Source of the DNA: Actinomycetota bacterium
Lineage (GTDB): Bacteria > Actinomycetota > CADDZG01 > JAHWKV01
Length of the DNA stretch: 62,507 bases
Assembly (NCBI GenBank): GCA_040905365.1
Contig: JBBDRQ010000004.1
Location: 1 to 62,507, forward strand
Direction: 5' to 3'
Below are positions 32,248-42,558 of the stretch, one piece after another. Made by a program: the position numbers and the translations under genes. Within the stretch, counting starts at the first letter, position 1. Every line of letters begins with the position of its first letter. Below the pieces are notes generated by a model that did not search any database, was not told the DNA's origin, and saw nothing but the letters and a program-made list of their open reading frames with translations.

Positions 32248-33222
32248 TTACTCATCCGATTCGTCGGGAGATTCCTCAGCGTCGGGAGATTCCTCCTCCG
32301 ACTCCTCGCCGTCTCCGGCGTCCTCGGTGTCCTCGGTGTCCTCGACGAGATCCTCGACCGTGAGCCCTTCGGCCAAGTCAACGTCCTCCTCGGCGAAGCC
32401 GAAGCTGGTGACGATGCCCTTGACGGTGCCGTCCGCCTGTAGGTTCTTTAGCTCGGCGTTGAACGCATCGCGGAACTCCTGGTCCAGGAAGCCGAAGCCT
32501 CCGCAACCGAGAATCGGTTCACCGTCGGGGTAGGAATCCAGTGGGAAGAACGGATCGACCGCCTCGAACCCGTCCATGTCGTCGGTCTGGGTCTTGACCG
32601 TCAGAAAGGTTCCCGTGACGGCGTCTACCCGACCGGCCTCCAGGGCGTCGTACTGAGCGTTGACGTCGGGAAACAGCTCGATCTGGTCGTCGGGAACTCC
32701 GGCGGTTTCGGCATAACCTTCTTCAACCGCACCCGAGAGGATAGCGATCGTCACGTCGGGGTTCTCCACCACCGACGGGTAGTCCACCAGGCCGTCGGGG
32801 TTGCCCTCCGGGACCGCGAAGGACTCGGATACGCAGTAGTCCGGATCGGAGAAGATCATCTGCTCGGCTCGCTCGGCATTGATGAACATGCCCGCTGCGA
32901 TCATGTCGAATCGGCCGGCCTGCAACCCCGGGATAAGGGAACCGAAATCGACCACCACGGCCTCGACGTCGTCGATGCCCAACTCGGCCAGTACCGCCTT
33001 GGCCACCTCGGGAGCCTCTCCGGTTACGTTGCCGTCCTCGTCCTCATAGCCGTAGGGGACCTCGTTGGCAATGCCAATCCGGACGCTGCCCTGTTCCTGA
33101 AGCTCCTCCAGCAGAGACTGCTCACCAGTGTCCTCCGATGCACAGGCACCGCCGACCAAGGCCAAAACCGCCAGCAGCGATAGGAGCTGACGCGACCAGG
33201 GCCGCCGTTTTCTATCTCGCAT
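32248..33222 (-). CDS. ehuB: Ectoine/hydroxyectoine ABC substrate-binding lipoprotein
   Basis: Lipobox GGAC, GIANEVPYGY, TGEAPEVA, FGSLIPGL.AGRFD; acidic tail. Confidence 0.87.
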   Translation of the reverse strand: MRDRKRRPWSRQLLSLLAVLALVGGACASEDTGEQSLLEELQEQGSVRIGIANEVPYGYEDEDGNVTGEAPEVAKAVLAELGIDDVEAVVVDFGSLIPGLQAGRFDMIAAGMFINAERAEQMIFSDPDYCVSESFAVPEGNPDGLVDYPSVVENPDVTIAILSGAVEEGYAETAGVPDDQIELFPDVNAQYDALEAGRVDAVTGTFLTVKTQTDDMDGFEAVDPFFPLDSYPDGEPILGCGGFGFLDQEFRDAFNAELKNLQADGTVKGIVTSFGFAEEDVDLAEGLTVEDLVEDTEDTEDAGDGEESEEESPDAEESPDESDE

Positions 33223-33534
33223 GCTTTCCCCCTGACATAACCCAACCAATGTGGAGCGCCAACCGAGCGCTCCCTTAAACCCTCGCAGAACCAGCGTAGC
33301 CACCTGCCCGGCCTGTGCCGACCCTGCCTCGGTTCTTCGAGTCTAGAGAGCCCCGGGGCCAGTGTCCAACCCTCCTGGCTGAAGCTGTCAGTCCACGCCC
33401 GAATTTCCGGGCCGTCCCCCGGGAATCCAAAACGCGGGTACTCGCCATCATGAAGGTCAGAGCAGCCACACCGAAAGTTGCCGGCACCGGTCGCGCCGCC
33501 CCGCGACCGGTTTTGGTGTAAGCTGCCGACCGTC

Positions 33535-33753
33535 TTGGAATACTCCGATCACGCCACTAAGCGTATGAAACAACGCCAGATCACGCCTGCCGAGGTAGAA
33601 GAGGCGTTGCGAGACATGGACGCAACCTCCCGGGGTGACAGGTCCACGCGGATCATCCGCTGGGGTACGACCGGTTCGGGATCCCGTCTGCGCGTCGTGC
33701 AGTACGCAGGCAGAAACGATTTCGTCATAACCGCCGCCCGGGTAGGTGAGTAA
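33535..33753 (+). CDS. DUF4258-like putative toxin (RelE-fold)
   Basis: YSDHATKRMKQRQIT..EVEEAL...LRVV...VITA; start uncertain; upstream of DUF2283. Confidence 0.7.
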   Translation: MEYSDHATKRMKQRQITPAEVEEALRDMDATSRGDRSTRIIRWGTTGSGSRLRVVQYAGRNDFVITAARVGE

Positions 33754-33755
33754 CG

Positions 33756-34016
33756 ATGAAGGTGCTATACGACGATGAGGTCGACGCCCTCTACGTGCCG
33801 ATCCGGCCCGAGTTCTTCGTTCACATCACCAAGGAAGTCGACGAGGCGCGCACCATGGATTTCGACGATAAGGACCGGGTGGTAGGCATCGAGGTGCTGG
33901 GAGCATCACAGCGTGTGCGTCTTAGCGACCTCATCGAGCCGTTCGGCCTGGAGTCGTTTAAGGAATCCTTCGAACAGATCGAACAACACCCTTTCCGGTC
34001 ACGCGAACACACGTAG
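33756..34016 (+). CDS. DUF2283 family putative antitoxin
   Basis: YDDEVDALY...DFDDKDRVVGIEVLGAS. Confidence 0.85.
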   Translation: MKVLYDDEVDALYVPIRPEFFVHITKEVDEARTMDFDDKDRVVGIEVLGASQRVRLSDLIEPFGLESFKESFEQIEQHPFRSREHT

Positions 34017-34064
34017 GAGCCCGGCCGGAGCCAACAACCACCCTCTCACGGTAGTTTTGAAGCA

Positions 34065-35708
34065 ATGAGCGCGCACACCGGCCGGCGGATCGCCCTTTTG
34101 GCGGCAGGCCTTCCCCTGGTACTGGCCATTGCGCTGGTCGTGCTTTGGCGGATCGATACCGGTACCTCCGGGGAGGTCGGACGCAACGTAACCCTGGCCG
34201 GGAAATCGATCGACGGTGCAACCGCTTCGGAGGTAGAAGCTGCGGCAGCCGACCTGGAGCGCAGGTATGCCCGGTCGACCGTACAGGTCGTTGCACCGGA
34301 GGGCGGGTTCACGATTAAAGCTGGCGAACTGGATCTTTCTCTGCAGGTCGAACCAACAACAGAGGCTGCGCTGCAGATCGGCCGGACGGGCGGGCAGATC
34401 CAAAGGTTCGGCAGCTGGCTGGGCTCCTTCTTCTCGCCCCGGCGGGTCCCTGTAGTCATATCCTTCGACGCAACCGGGGTCTTTGATCTGGTAAGCGAAC
34501 AAGACCCGGGGCCGCGCTCGGAGCCGCGCGAACCCTCTATCGAGTACGCCCTGGGCGAGCTGCGGCCAGTGCAGGGGCGTCCCGGTAAGGGCATCGACGC
34601 TCACGAAGTAATCGATCAGCTGCCCATCGCCGCGCGGGAGGGGTTGCCGGTGCGGGTGGAGGTGGACCGCGGCGTCGTATATCCGCGCTTTACCGAACAG
34701 GACGCCGAAGAGCTGGCGCAACGGGGCGACAGACTCACCACCGGGGGGATTCGTGTGACCGACGGTTTGCAGGAAGCCAACGTCCCCGAAGAGCAGCTGC
34801 GGTCGTGGTTGGGAACCAAGGTGACACCCTCCGGGCTGGAACTGGCGATAAAAACCGACGACGCCGTCGAAGGTCTGGCTGCGCTCATGCCCGAGCTCGA
34901 CCGGGATCCGGTGGATGCAGCCTTTACGGTGGTCGACGGCCGGGTCGAAATCGTGCCGGGCCAGAACGGCTTGGCTTGCTGCGACGAACAAGCCGCGCTG
35001 ATCGTCGAGAAGGCGGTGCTCGATCAAACCCGCGGCCGGTTGGAGCTGCCGCTGGCCGAAGTGGAGCCCGAGGTAACCAAAGAGGATCTAGAGGAGCTGG
35101 GCATCACCGATCAGGTATCCACCTTCACCACCAACCATAGGCAGGGGCAGCCCCGGGTGCAGAACATCCACCGGATCGCCGATCTGGTGCGCGGGCAGAT
35201 CATCCACCCGGGCGAGTCGTTCTCCATCAACGAGTTCATCGGCCCGCGCACCAAAGAGAAGGGGTTCGTCGTCGACGGGGTCATAGAAAACGGCGTTTTC
35301 ACCGAATCGGTCGGCGGCGGCATCTCCCAGTTCGCCACCACGTTGTTTAACGCGGCATTCTTTGCGGGCCTCGACTTTCCCCAGTACCGGTCGCACAGCA
35401 TCTACATTTCCCGGTATCCGTACGGGCGGGAAGCCACGCTCTCCTTCCCTCAGCCCGACCTCGAGATCGCCAACCCCAACCCGAAGAGCGTGCTGATATG
35501 GACCACCTACACCGACTCCAGCATCACGGTGAGCCTGTACTCCACCCCTTGGGCGGAGGTGGAGCAGACAGGTCAGCGCACAAGCAGCCGCGGGCCCTGC
35601 ACGCTGGTACGCACCGAGCGCACCCGCACCTATCCAGTCGAAGCAAGATCGGAAACCGACCAGGTTATCGCCTTGTATCGTCCGGGCGAGGGTGTGAACT
35701 GTCGCTAA
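34065..35708 (+). CDS. VanW family protein with PG-binding-type repeats
   Basis: N-terminal TM; PGESFSIN, GGGISQFATTLFNA, HSIYISRYP.GREAT. Confidence 0.9.
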   Translation: MSAHTGRRIALLAAGLPLVLAIALVVLWRIDTGTSGEVGRNVTLAGKSIDGATASEVEAAAADLERRYARSTVQVVAPEGGFTIKAGELDLSLQVEPTTEAALQIGRTGGQIQRFGSWLGSFFSPRRVPVVISFDATGVFDLVSEQDPGPRSEPREPSIEYALGELRPVQGRPGKGIDAHEVIDQLPIAAREGLPVRVEVDRGVVYPRFTEQDAEELAQRGDRLTTGGIRVTDGLQEANVPEEQLRSWLGTKVTPSGLELAIKTDDAVEGLAALMPELDRDPVDAAFTVVDGRVEIVPGQNGLACCDEQAALIVEKAVLDQTRGRLELPLAEVEPEVTKEDLEELGITDQVSTFTTNHRQGQPRVQNIHRIADLVRGQIIHPGESFSINEFIGPRTKEKGFVVDGVIENGVFTESVGGGISQFATTLFNAAFFAGLDFPQYRSHSIYISRYPYGREATLSFPQPDLEIANPNPKSVLIWTTYTDSSITVSLYSTPWAEVEQTGQRTSSRGPCTLVRTERTRTYPVEARSETDQVIALYRPGEGVNCR

Positions 35709-35754
35709 CGAGGTTCGCCCCGAGTGCCCCGACCGCGCAGGACGGGGGCGCACA

Positions 35755-36408
35755 TTAGTGCTTTCCGGCTTGTTCGGACGGCCCGGACGCGACTAAAGCC
35801 GCCACTTCCTCGTCGGAGACCTGGGTGAAGTCTCGGTACCACTGGCCCACCGCCATGAAGTCGGGCGGGATCTGCAAAACGACCACCTGATCGGCTATCT
35901 CCTCGAGGGACGTTACAGCTTGGCGGGGGGCTACCGGCACGGCAAGCACAACCCTGGCAGCTTCCAGCCGGCGCACCACCCCCACAGCCGCGCCGGCCGT
36001 GAAGCCCGTAGCCAGACCGTCGTCCACCAAGATCGCGGTTCGCCCCTGTAGCTTCACCGGGGACATGCTCCGCCGGTACCGAGCGACCCGCCGGTCGACC
36101 TCCGCGCCCTCCCTCTCGGCAATCTGCTCGACCTGTTCGTCGGAAAGTCCGAGCTTGGCGATCAGTTTGGAGTTCAGTACGGTTACGCCCAGCTCGCCCA
36201 CCGCACCGATACCGAGCTCCGGCTGCCCCGGACAGCCGAGCTTGCGAACAACCAGGACGTCGAGCGGCGCATCGAGCTCCCGGGCAACCGCTGCAGCCAC
36301 CGGGACTCCCCCGCGCGCCAATCCAAGCACTGCAGGATGCTCAATACAAAACCCTCGAAGCTCTTCGGCGAGTTGCCGGCCAGCGTCGGACCGGTCTGCG
36401 AATACCAT
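35755..36408 (-). CDS. Phosphoribosyltransferase family protein
   Basis: FADRSDAGRQL, RGGVPVA, LVDDGLATG, AVGQWY.DF.QVSDEEV. Confidence 0.9.
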   Translation of the reverse strand: MVFADRSDAGRQLAEELRGFCIEHPAVLGLARGGVPVAAAVARELDAPLDVLVVRKLGCPGQPELGIGAVGELGVTVLNSKLIAKLGLSDEQVEQIAEREGAEVDRRVARYRRSMSPVKLQGRTAILVDDGLATGFTAGAAVGVVRRLEAARVVLAVPVAPRQAVTSLEEIADQVVVLQIPPDFMAVGQWYRDFTQVSDEEVAALVASGPSEQAGKH

Positions 36409-36459
36409 GTACTACCCCCGAACCAGTGTCGCGCCAGTTAGTGCCTACTACCCTGGCCA

Positions 36460-37608
36460 CTAGGTGCGCACGGCCACCAAGCAGTGCGACAGGTAAACGT
36501 TCCAGCGGCGCTGCGCAAGTCGCAGCAGCCAAGGCACCATGTCCGCTTCCTCCAGGACCCGAAACTCCTTCCGAAGGGCCGAACGGGTAAAGGCGGGTCC
36601 ACCCCGAGCGAACTCCGAATCACCGTCCGCCCCGGGATCCGCCCAGTAAGGAGTCGCCAGCAAGAGCAAGCCCTCCGGCCCCAGTCCACGGGAAAATTCC
36701 TCGAACAGGCTCATGGGGTCGGCCGCCGCGCACAGCACATTTATGGCTGCCAGACACTGCGCGTGAGCGCCGGCTACCGGCAAACGCGCGCCGTCGGCCA
36801 CAACGAAGTCGAGGTTGTCCCGCTGCGCTGGCCGCTGCAGCGGACGATCGGTAAACGAGCCCTTCTCGGTCTCCAGCTCGTAGCCCTCGAGCGGCAAGGG
36901 GCTGGACAGAAAGTAGCGGCGTGCCGTCAAGACCGCGGTGAAGGACCAGTCAAAGCCTAGGCAGTAGCCATAGTCGCGAGCCAACTCAGCAGCGCCCCAC
37001 CCAATTCCGGCTCCCACCTCGACCGCCAGGAGACCGCCGCCATCCGTCCGGTGGCGGCCGGCCGCATCGAGCAGATACCGGTAGGGGTCGGGGCCCTCTG
37101 TGCCGTAGCGGCCGACCAAACTGCGCCACCATCCCTCGGGCAAGCCGAGCATCATCGACTCCCGGTCGCCGTGCACCTGCAGGTACGGCGAGACGCTCCA
37201 GCCCAGATTCTCCTCGGGCTGCGGCGGCGGTCCGGCGTGTCCTATATGCGCGCTGGCGATTCCCAAATACCCCAGCATCGTTCGGGATATCTGCACGTCC
37301 TGCAGCTGCCGTCCCCACCGCTCGATCTCAGGCCAAAACCCCCATAGATACTGCTGAAGATCGGGTACGAGCAGAGCGACCCCCAAAAGTACCGGGTAGT
37401 CGGCACCACAGCTGCGGCAGCGAAGGATTCCCTCAATGAGCTCGGACCCATCCCCAAGCACCTCCGACGGCTCCGCCTCATCGACGTACAACTCACCGGC
37501 GCACTCGGCCGACGGACACGCGAGCCGGCTCAAGCTCTCTATTTTCACCCGACCACAATAGCCAGTTAAGGCGCCGGAGATCGTTGCGGCAGCGCGCCCG
37601 GCTTCCAT
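36460..37608 (-). CDS. Class I SAM-dependent methyltransferase with N-terminal Trm112-like Zn-ribbon
   Basis: LACP...C, LRCRSC...YPV..GV; VEVGAGIG SAM motif, FVVADG..LP; start may be slightly downstream. Confidence 0.75.
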   Translation of the reverse strand: MEAGRAAATISGALTGYCGRVKIESLSRLACPSAECAGELYVDEAEPSEVLGDGSELIEGILRCRSCGADYPVLLGVALLVPDLQQYLWGFWPEIERWGRQLQDVQISRTMLGYLGIASAHIGHAGPPPQPEENLGWSVSPYLQVHGDRESMMLGLPEGWWRSLVGRYGTEGPDPYRYLLDAAGRHRTDGGGLLAVEVGAGIGWGAAELARDYGYCLGFDWSFTAVLTARRYFLSSPLPLEGYELETEKGSFTDRPLQRPAQRDNLDFVVADGARLPVAGAHAQCLAAINVLCAAADPMSLFEEFSRGLGPEGLLLLATPYWADPGADGDSEFARGGPAFTRSALRKEFRVLEEADMVPWLLRLAQRRWNVYLSHCLVAVRT

Positions 37609-37640
37609 GCCGCCGGCGGAGCAGGCTCAAGTGGTACCGG

Positions 37641-38192
37641 TTAACTCGACACGGTGATGGTCCCAACCATGCCGCCTTCGTAATGGCCGGGCTCGTGGCA
37701 TCCGTAGAGAAGCTCGCCCTCCGTGGTGAACGTCCAGGTGAGCTCCGCGGTCTCGCCCGGGTCCACATCCAAACCGTTGGGAAGCTCCTCATGCTCCATG
37801 CCGTCATCCATCTCGGTCATCTCTTGCGCGTGATCTTGCTGGTAATGCTCGTCCCCAATAAGAAACTCATGAACGATCTGGCCTGTGTTGGTCAACACGA
37901 ACGTGACGGTTTCGCCGACCTGGACGTCCACCGCATCGGGTTCGAAGCGAAGCGCGTCGAGCATGTCTATCTCGATGGTGCGGTCGGCAGCTGCGGGGTC
38001 GCCGGGTTCGCCGAAGTCCACCATTTCGTCGTCGTGGTCGTCACCGGCCTCCTCGCCTCGCTCTTCACCGGAGGGGGCGCCCTCGATTGCGGGATCTTCC
38101 TGGGCACATCCCCCCAAGATCAACCCCACGGCCAGCAACAGGGCCAAGAGCACGCTCCCCCTAATCGTCGTCCGATCCTTCGACCAGCCCAC
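37641..38192 (-). CDS. Cupredoxin (plastocyanin/azurin-like) lipoprotein
   Basis: Lipobox LGGC, HEF, CHEPGHYEGGM type-1 copper ligands. Confidence 0.9.
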   Translation of the reverse strand: MGWSKDRTTIRGSVLLALLLAVGLILGGCAQEDPAIEGAPSGEERGEEAGDDHDDEMVDFGEPGDPAAADRTIEIDMLDALRFEPDAVDVQVGETVTFVLTNTGQIVHEFLIGDEHYQQDHAQEMTEMDDGMEHEELPNGLDVDPGETAELTWTFTTEGELLYGCHEPGHYEGGMVGTITVSS

Positions 38193-38243
38193 GTAACGCT
38201 CCTTTCTGTCGGTTCTCCGACCCTACTGAATATTAAGCCTGCA

Positions 38244-38864
38244 TTAACCGGAGGCTTCCGTATCCCCCAGCAGCGTTACGCCCGACCGCCTCATCTGTTC
38301 GTTGGCAGCTTCGAAGTCTCCCTCGTTGAGGTTGACCGACCGGGTTGCAGAAAGAACCACGCAGGTGTCGTAGCCTAAACGCCGCGCGTCCAGGGCCGTC
38401 TCCTTGACGCACACGTCCTGCGCCAGCCCGACCACGACCACCTTCTCTACGCCACCGTCTCGCAGAGTCGAATCCAGATCGGTCGGCCGGTCGGAGCCGG
38501 TGTTGACGTCTCGGGCGGTGAACCCCGAGTAGCCGTCTTCGGCCCCGGACCCCTTACGTACCACCGGCCCCACGACCTCGAGATCGGGATGGAACGCGGC
38601 CCCCCACGTACCCTGCACGCAGTGCACCGGCCATGTCCCTCCGTAGGCCTGGAAATGCGGGGTCAAAGGCGGGTGCCAATCTTGCGTGTAAACCACCAAA
38701 GATCCAGCGTTGGCGGCAGCCGCCACCATCTGGTTGACGCCCGGGATTATGGTTTGCCCGTCCTGCACGTACAGACCGCCTTGGGGATCGGCGAAGTCAT
38801 TTTGGACGTCGACGACTATCAGGGCGGTGTGCTCGTCAAAATGAGGTTGCTGCAAAGTTGCCAA
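38244..38864 (-). CDS. pncA: Nicotinamidase/pyrazinamidase
   Basis: VVDVQNDF, TQDWHP, WPVHCV, DGYSGF, GLAQDVCV. Confidence 0.93.
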   Translation of the reverse strand: MATLQQPHFDEHTALIVVDVQNDFADPQGGLYVQDGQTIIPGVNQMVAAAANAGSLVVYTQDWHPPLTPHFQAYGGTWPVHCVQGTWGAAFHPDLEVVGPVVRKGSGAEDGYSGFTARDVNTGSDRPTDLDSTLRDGGVEKVVVVGLAQDVCVKETALDARRLGYDTCVVLSATRSVNLNEGDFEAANEQMRRSGVTLLGDTEASG

Positions 38865-38867
38865 AAT

Positions 38868-40214
38868 TCATCCCTCCTTACGGCCGGCATCTATTCTTAC
38901 CGCCGCTTGCTGCAGTCGATCCGATATCTTGACCGGGTGCCGGTCGGGATCGATCAACCGGCGCAAGGCCGGCAAAAGCTGTCTCCACTGCTCTTCGAAG
39001 TGCCGGTGATTTTCGACCAGAGAGCGCTCCCCGACCCCCACCCGGGAACCCTTGATCATCGCCGGCTCGAGCAAGGGAGAGTAGTCCGGTCCGGGAGAGG
39101 GCTCCTCGGCCAGCGCAATCACATCGTCACCCCAATCGTTGCCGCGCCACACCTGTTTGGAACCCGGCCATATCGCTTTGCCGGTGGAGGTCTTACGCAC
39201 CATACGGCCGTCGTATTCGACCAGCTTGTAAACGCTGTCCAGACTGGGAGCGTCGGCCGAGACCCCGAGCGCCGAGCCCACGCCGAAGCCGTCGATCGGC
39301 GCCTTGTCGAACTCCACCAGGCGGTGAATCGAATACTCGTCCAAACCTCCGCTGGCGAAGATCTTCACCTGCGGTAGCCCGGCCTCATCCAGCCGGCCGC
39401 GGGCCCAATGGGCAAGCTTGCCCAAATCCCCCGAGTCCAGCCGGATGCCCCGCAGGGCGATTCCGCGCTCACGCATCTCGCGGGCGACCGTAATGGCGTT
39501 GCGCACACCCTGCTCGGTGTCGTAGGTGTCGACCACCAAAACCGTGGCGTCCGCGTACGCCCCGGCAAAAGCGCGAAAGGCCTCGGTCTCGTTCCCGTAC
39601 GCCTGAACGAAGGCGTGGGCCATCGTACCGCTGGCCGGTACCCCGTACCGGGCCGCGCCGGCCACGTTGCTAGTCGCGGACAGGCCGACCAAACCGCATA
39701 TCCTTGCGAGCTTCATCCCGGCATCGATCCCCTGGGTGCGGCGCAGGGCAAAGTCGACCACAGCTCTTCCACCCGCGGCGTCCCGGCACCGGGCCGCTTT
39801 GGTGGCCAGCGTGGTTTGAAGGGTGATCTGATTGAGCAGGAAGGTCTCCGCCAGCTGAGCCTGACCAATCGGGGCCTCCACCTCCAAGATGGGCTCCTCC
39901 GCAAAGACGATCGTTCCTTCCGGAACCGCCCGCACCGATCCCGTGAAGCGCATCTCGCCCAGCCACTCCAAAAACTCGTCCGGGAACAATCCGAGTTGAT
40001 CCAGAGCAGCCAGATCTTCTGGCTCGAAACGCATCTGCTCCAGCCAGCTAAGACCGTCATCCAATCCGGCCGCAACCAGGTAACCCCGCTCAGAGGGAAG
40101 CCGCCGCACGAACAAGCTGAAAATCGCGGTCCGGTCCGCCATCGCCTCCCGGCGGTAGACGTCCACCATGGTCAACTCGTACAGATCGGTAAACAGGGTC
40201 TTCAACTCATTCAT
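38868..40214 (-). CDS. pncB: Nicotinate phosphoribosyltransferase
   Basis: TDLYELTM, GTMAH, VDTYDT, IRLDSGD, VYKLVEY. Confidence 0.95.
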   Translation of the reverse strand: MNELKTLFTDLYELTMVDVYRREAMADRTAIFSLFVRRLPSERGYLVAAGLDDGLSWLEQMRFEPEDLAALDQLGLFPDEFLEWLGEMRFTGSVRAVPEGTIVFAEEPILEVEAPIGQAQLAETFLLNQITLQTTLATKAARCRDAAGGRAVVDFALRRTQGIDAGMKLARICGLVGLSATSNVAGAARYGVPASGTMAHAFVQAYGNETEAFRAFAGAYADATVLVVDTYDTEQGVRNAITVAREMRERGIALRGIRLDSGDLGKLAHWARGRLDEAGLPQVKIFASGGLDEYSIHRLVEFDKAPIDGFGVGSALGVSADAPSLDSVYKLVEYDGRMVRKTSTGKAIWPGSKQVWRGNDWGDDVIALAEEPSPGPDYSPLLEPAMIKGSRVGVGERSLVENHRHFEEQWRQLLPALRRLIDPDRHPVKISDRLQQAAVRIDAGRKEG

Positions 40215-40223
40215 AAGTATCGG

Positions 40224-40538
40224 CTAGCCGATACCCGATTCCCTGGAGGACATCGGGTTGGCGCCTAAATGCTCCTTCAGCTCCACGCTGTCGCATCGCG
40301 TGCACAGGTAAACCGTCTTGTAAGCCACTATAGAGCGCTGGTTTCCCCGCACCTTCGCCCACACCGGTTCGGGAACCGGCCGGACCTCCGTCGAGCCGCA
40401 TCCCGGGCATCGGGGGGCGGGGTCCCGGTCCCACACCAGGCAGCAGGCGGAACAGGTTATTCGGACCATATCCCCACGGCGTTCACCGGCCAGGTGGTCG
40501 TCGGTGCCGCACTTGGGGCAAACGACTGCAGCCATCAA
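40224..40538 (-). CDS. Small multi-CxxC zinc-ribbon protein
   Basis: CPKC, CSAC, CPGC, CTRC. Confidence 0.75.
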   Translation of the reverse strand: MMAAVVCPKCGTDDHLAGERRGDMVRITCSACCLVWDRDPAPRCPGCGSTEVRPVPEPVWAKVRGNQRSIVAYKTVYLCTRCDSVELKEHLGANPMSSRESGIG

Positions 40539-40542
40539 GCTC

Positions 40543-42129
40543 TCATTCGGTCAGGATCGGTTCCAGGCACCACTCGGGATGTTCTCCTTTTAGCCGGTCC
40601 AACCAGAACGGACTCTCGAACAACGCTAGCAAGGTCCCGTCTGCGCGGGCCATCACCGTAGCGCCCATACCTGCACCCAGTTGCTCGGCGGTCTGCTCAT
40701 CGGTGCGCCGGGCCACCTTGTACGGGGTCGGCGAAAGCTCCACCCGGGCTCCGAACTCGAATTCCAAGCGGTGAGCAAACACTTCGAACTGCATCTGTCC
40801 TACGGCGGCCAGCACCGGAACCGGACCGCCGGCAGGGTCCCGCAGCACCTGAACCACCCCTTCGGTCTCCAACTGCTCAAGCCCCCGGCGGAACTGCTTG
40901 TAGCGGCCCGTGTCCAGGGCGCGCGCCCGTACGAAAAGCTCCGGCGCAAAGGTAGGAATGGACGGGTACACGACCCGGTCGCGCTCGTAGAGCGTGTCGC
41001 CGATGCTCAAGCCGCCCGCGTTGACCAACCCGATGACGTCGCCCGGGTAGGCCTCCTCGATGGTGTGTCGATCGGACCCGAAGACCGAAGCCACGTGCTT
41101 GGTGGTGAAGGGCTTGCCGGTAGCAGCGTGCGTCAGCGTCATACCCCTTTGAAACCGCCCGGAACACACCCGAACAAACGCAACATGATCGCGATGCGAT
41201 GGATCCATGTTGGCCTGGATCTTGAACACGAATCCGGACATGGCCGACTCGAGCGGGCGCCGGTTACCTTCACGGTCGTCGCGCGCGCGCGGCGACGGGG
41301 CAAACTCGACGATAGCGTCGAGCATGTGACGTACTCCGAAGTTGGTCAGGGCCGAGCCGACGAACAGCGGGGTGGTCTCACCGTCCAAAAATGATTCGAC
41401 ATCCAATTCGGCGCCCACCTCGCTCAGCAGTTCACACTCCTCATGGGCCTGCTGCCAAAACGTCTCCTCCACCTGGGCCCGCTCTTCGCTGACCAGCTCC
41501 TCTCCCGCAGTAGTTGCTCCCCGGGCGGTTCGGCTGAACCGTATGAACTCGCCGTTTCGGCGGTCGATGACCCCTCGAAATGCGCCGGGAATCCCGACCG
41601 GCCAGGTCACCGGCGTGGGGCGCAGGTTGAGCTTGTTCTGTATCTCGTCCAGCAACTCCAGCGGGTCCCGCCCCGGCCGGTCGTACTTGTTCAAGAAAGT
41701 GATGATCGGCACTCCCCGGGCCCGGCAGACCTCGAAGAGCTTAAGCGTCTGGGCCTCGATCCCTTTCGCAACATCCAGGACCATGACCGCCGCATCCGCG
41801 GCGGCCAGGACGCGGTAGGTGTCTTCCGAGAAGTCCCGGTGGCCGGGAGTGTCGAGCAGGTTGATCACCCGATCGGCGTAGGTGAACTGCAAAACGGTGG
41901 AGCTGATCGAGATGCCCCGCTGCTTCTCCATGGCCATCCAGTCCGACGTTGTCCGCCGGCGGCCGGCGCGCGCCTGGACCGCGCCGGCCTCCGACACCGC
42001 TCCGCCGTAGAGAAGAAACTTCTCCGTCAGAGTGGTCTTACCGGCATCGGGATGGCTGATGATGGCAAAAGTTCGCCGTCGAGCCGCCTGCTCGGCCACC
42101 TCGCTTACCGCGGGCGCCGCTAAGGTCAC
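40543..42129 (-). CDS. prfC: Peptide chain release factor 3
   Basis: RRRTFAIISHPDAGKTTLTEK, SDWM..E..RGIS, DTPGH.DFSEDTYR, FKIQANMD. Confidence 0.97.
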   Translation of the reverse strand: MTLAAPAVSEVAEQAARRRTFAIISHPDAGKTTLTEKFLLYGGAVSEAGAVQARAGRRRTTSDWMAMEKQRGISISSTVLQFTYADRVINLLDTPGHRDFSEDTYRVLAAADAAVMVLDVAKGIEAQTLKLFEVCRARGVPIITFLNKYDRPGRDPLELLDEIQNKLNLRPTPVTWPVGIPGAFRGVIDRRNGEFIRFSRTARGATTAGEELVSEERAQVEETFWQQAHEECELLSEVGAELDVESFLDGETTPLFVGSALTNFGVRHMLDAIVEFAPSPRARDDREGNRRPLESAMSGFVFKIQANMDPSHRDHVAFVRVCSGRFQRGMTLTHAATGKPFTTKHVASVFGSDRHTIEEAYPGDVIGLVNAGGLSIGDTLYERDRVVYPSIPTFAPELFVRARALDTGRYKQFRRGLEQLETEGVVQVLRDPAGGPVPVLAAVGQMQFEVFAHRLEFEFGARVELSPTPYKVARRTDEQTAEQLGAGMGATVMARADGTLLALFESPFWLDRLKGEHPEWCLEPILTE

Positions 42130-42536
42130 GTTTTGACGCCTGAAGGGCGCTTACCCGAGGCTTCTCTGCTGAGCATGCTGGCCACAGCAGTTACCGCTTC
42201 GAGCTGATCCCTCAGCTTCTCACATCGTTGTTCCGCCGCCGCCGCGTACATGCCCAGCCTCTCCGCCAGGCTCTTGCGTTCGGAATCATCTGGAGAGCCG
42301 GCCAGTTGATCGCGCACCCCCAGTAGATCCCTCATCTCCTCTAAAGAGAACTCCAGGGGCTTCATGTGCCTTACCAGCCGCAACCGGTCGATGTCCTGGT
42401 CGGTATAGAGGCGAAAACCGCCCGCGGTCCGGCCCGACGGGAGGACCAGCCCGACCTCCTCGTAATGGCGGATCGTGCGCAGCGACAATCCAACCGAATC
42501 CGCCGCCTCGCCGATCTGATGCATCCCGTGATTCAC
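42126..42536 (-). CDS. MerR family transcriptional regulator
   Basis: IGEAA..GLSLRTIRHYEEVGL, RT.GGFRLY, MKPLEFSLEEM. Confidence 0.93.
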   Translation of the reverse strand: MNHGMHQIGEAADSVGLSLRTIRHYEEVGLVLPSGRTAGGFRLYTDQDIDRLRLVRHMKPLEFSLEEMRDLLGVRDQLAGSPDDSERKSLAERLGMYAAAAEQRCEKLRDQLEAVTAVASMLSREASGKRPSGVKT

Positions 42537-42558
42537 GCCTGCTCCAACTCATCGAACC

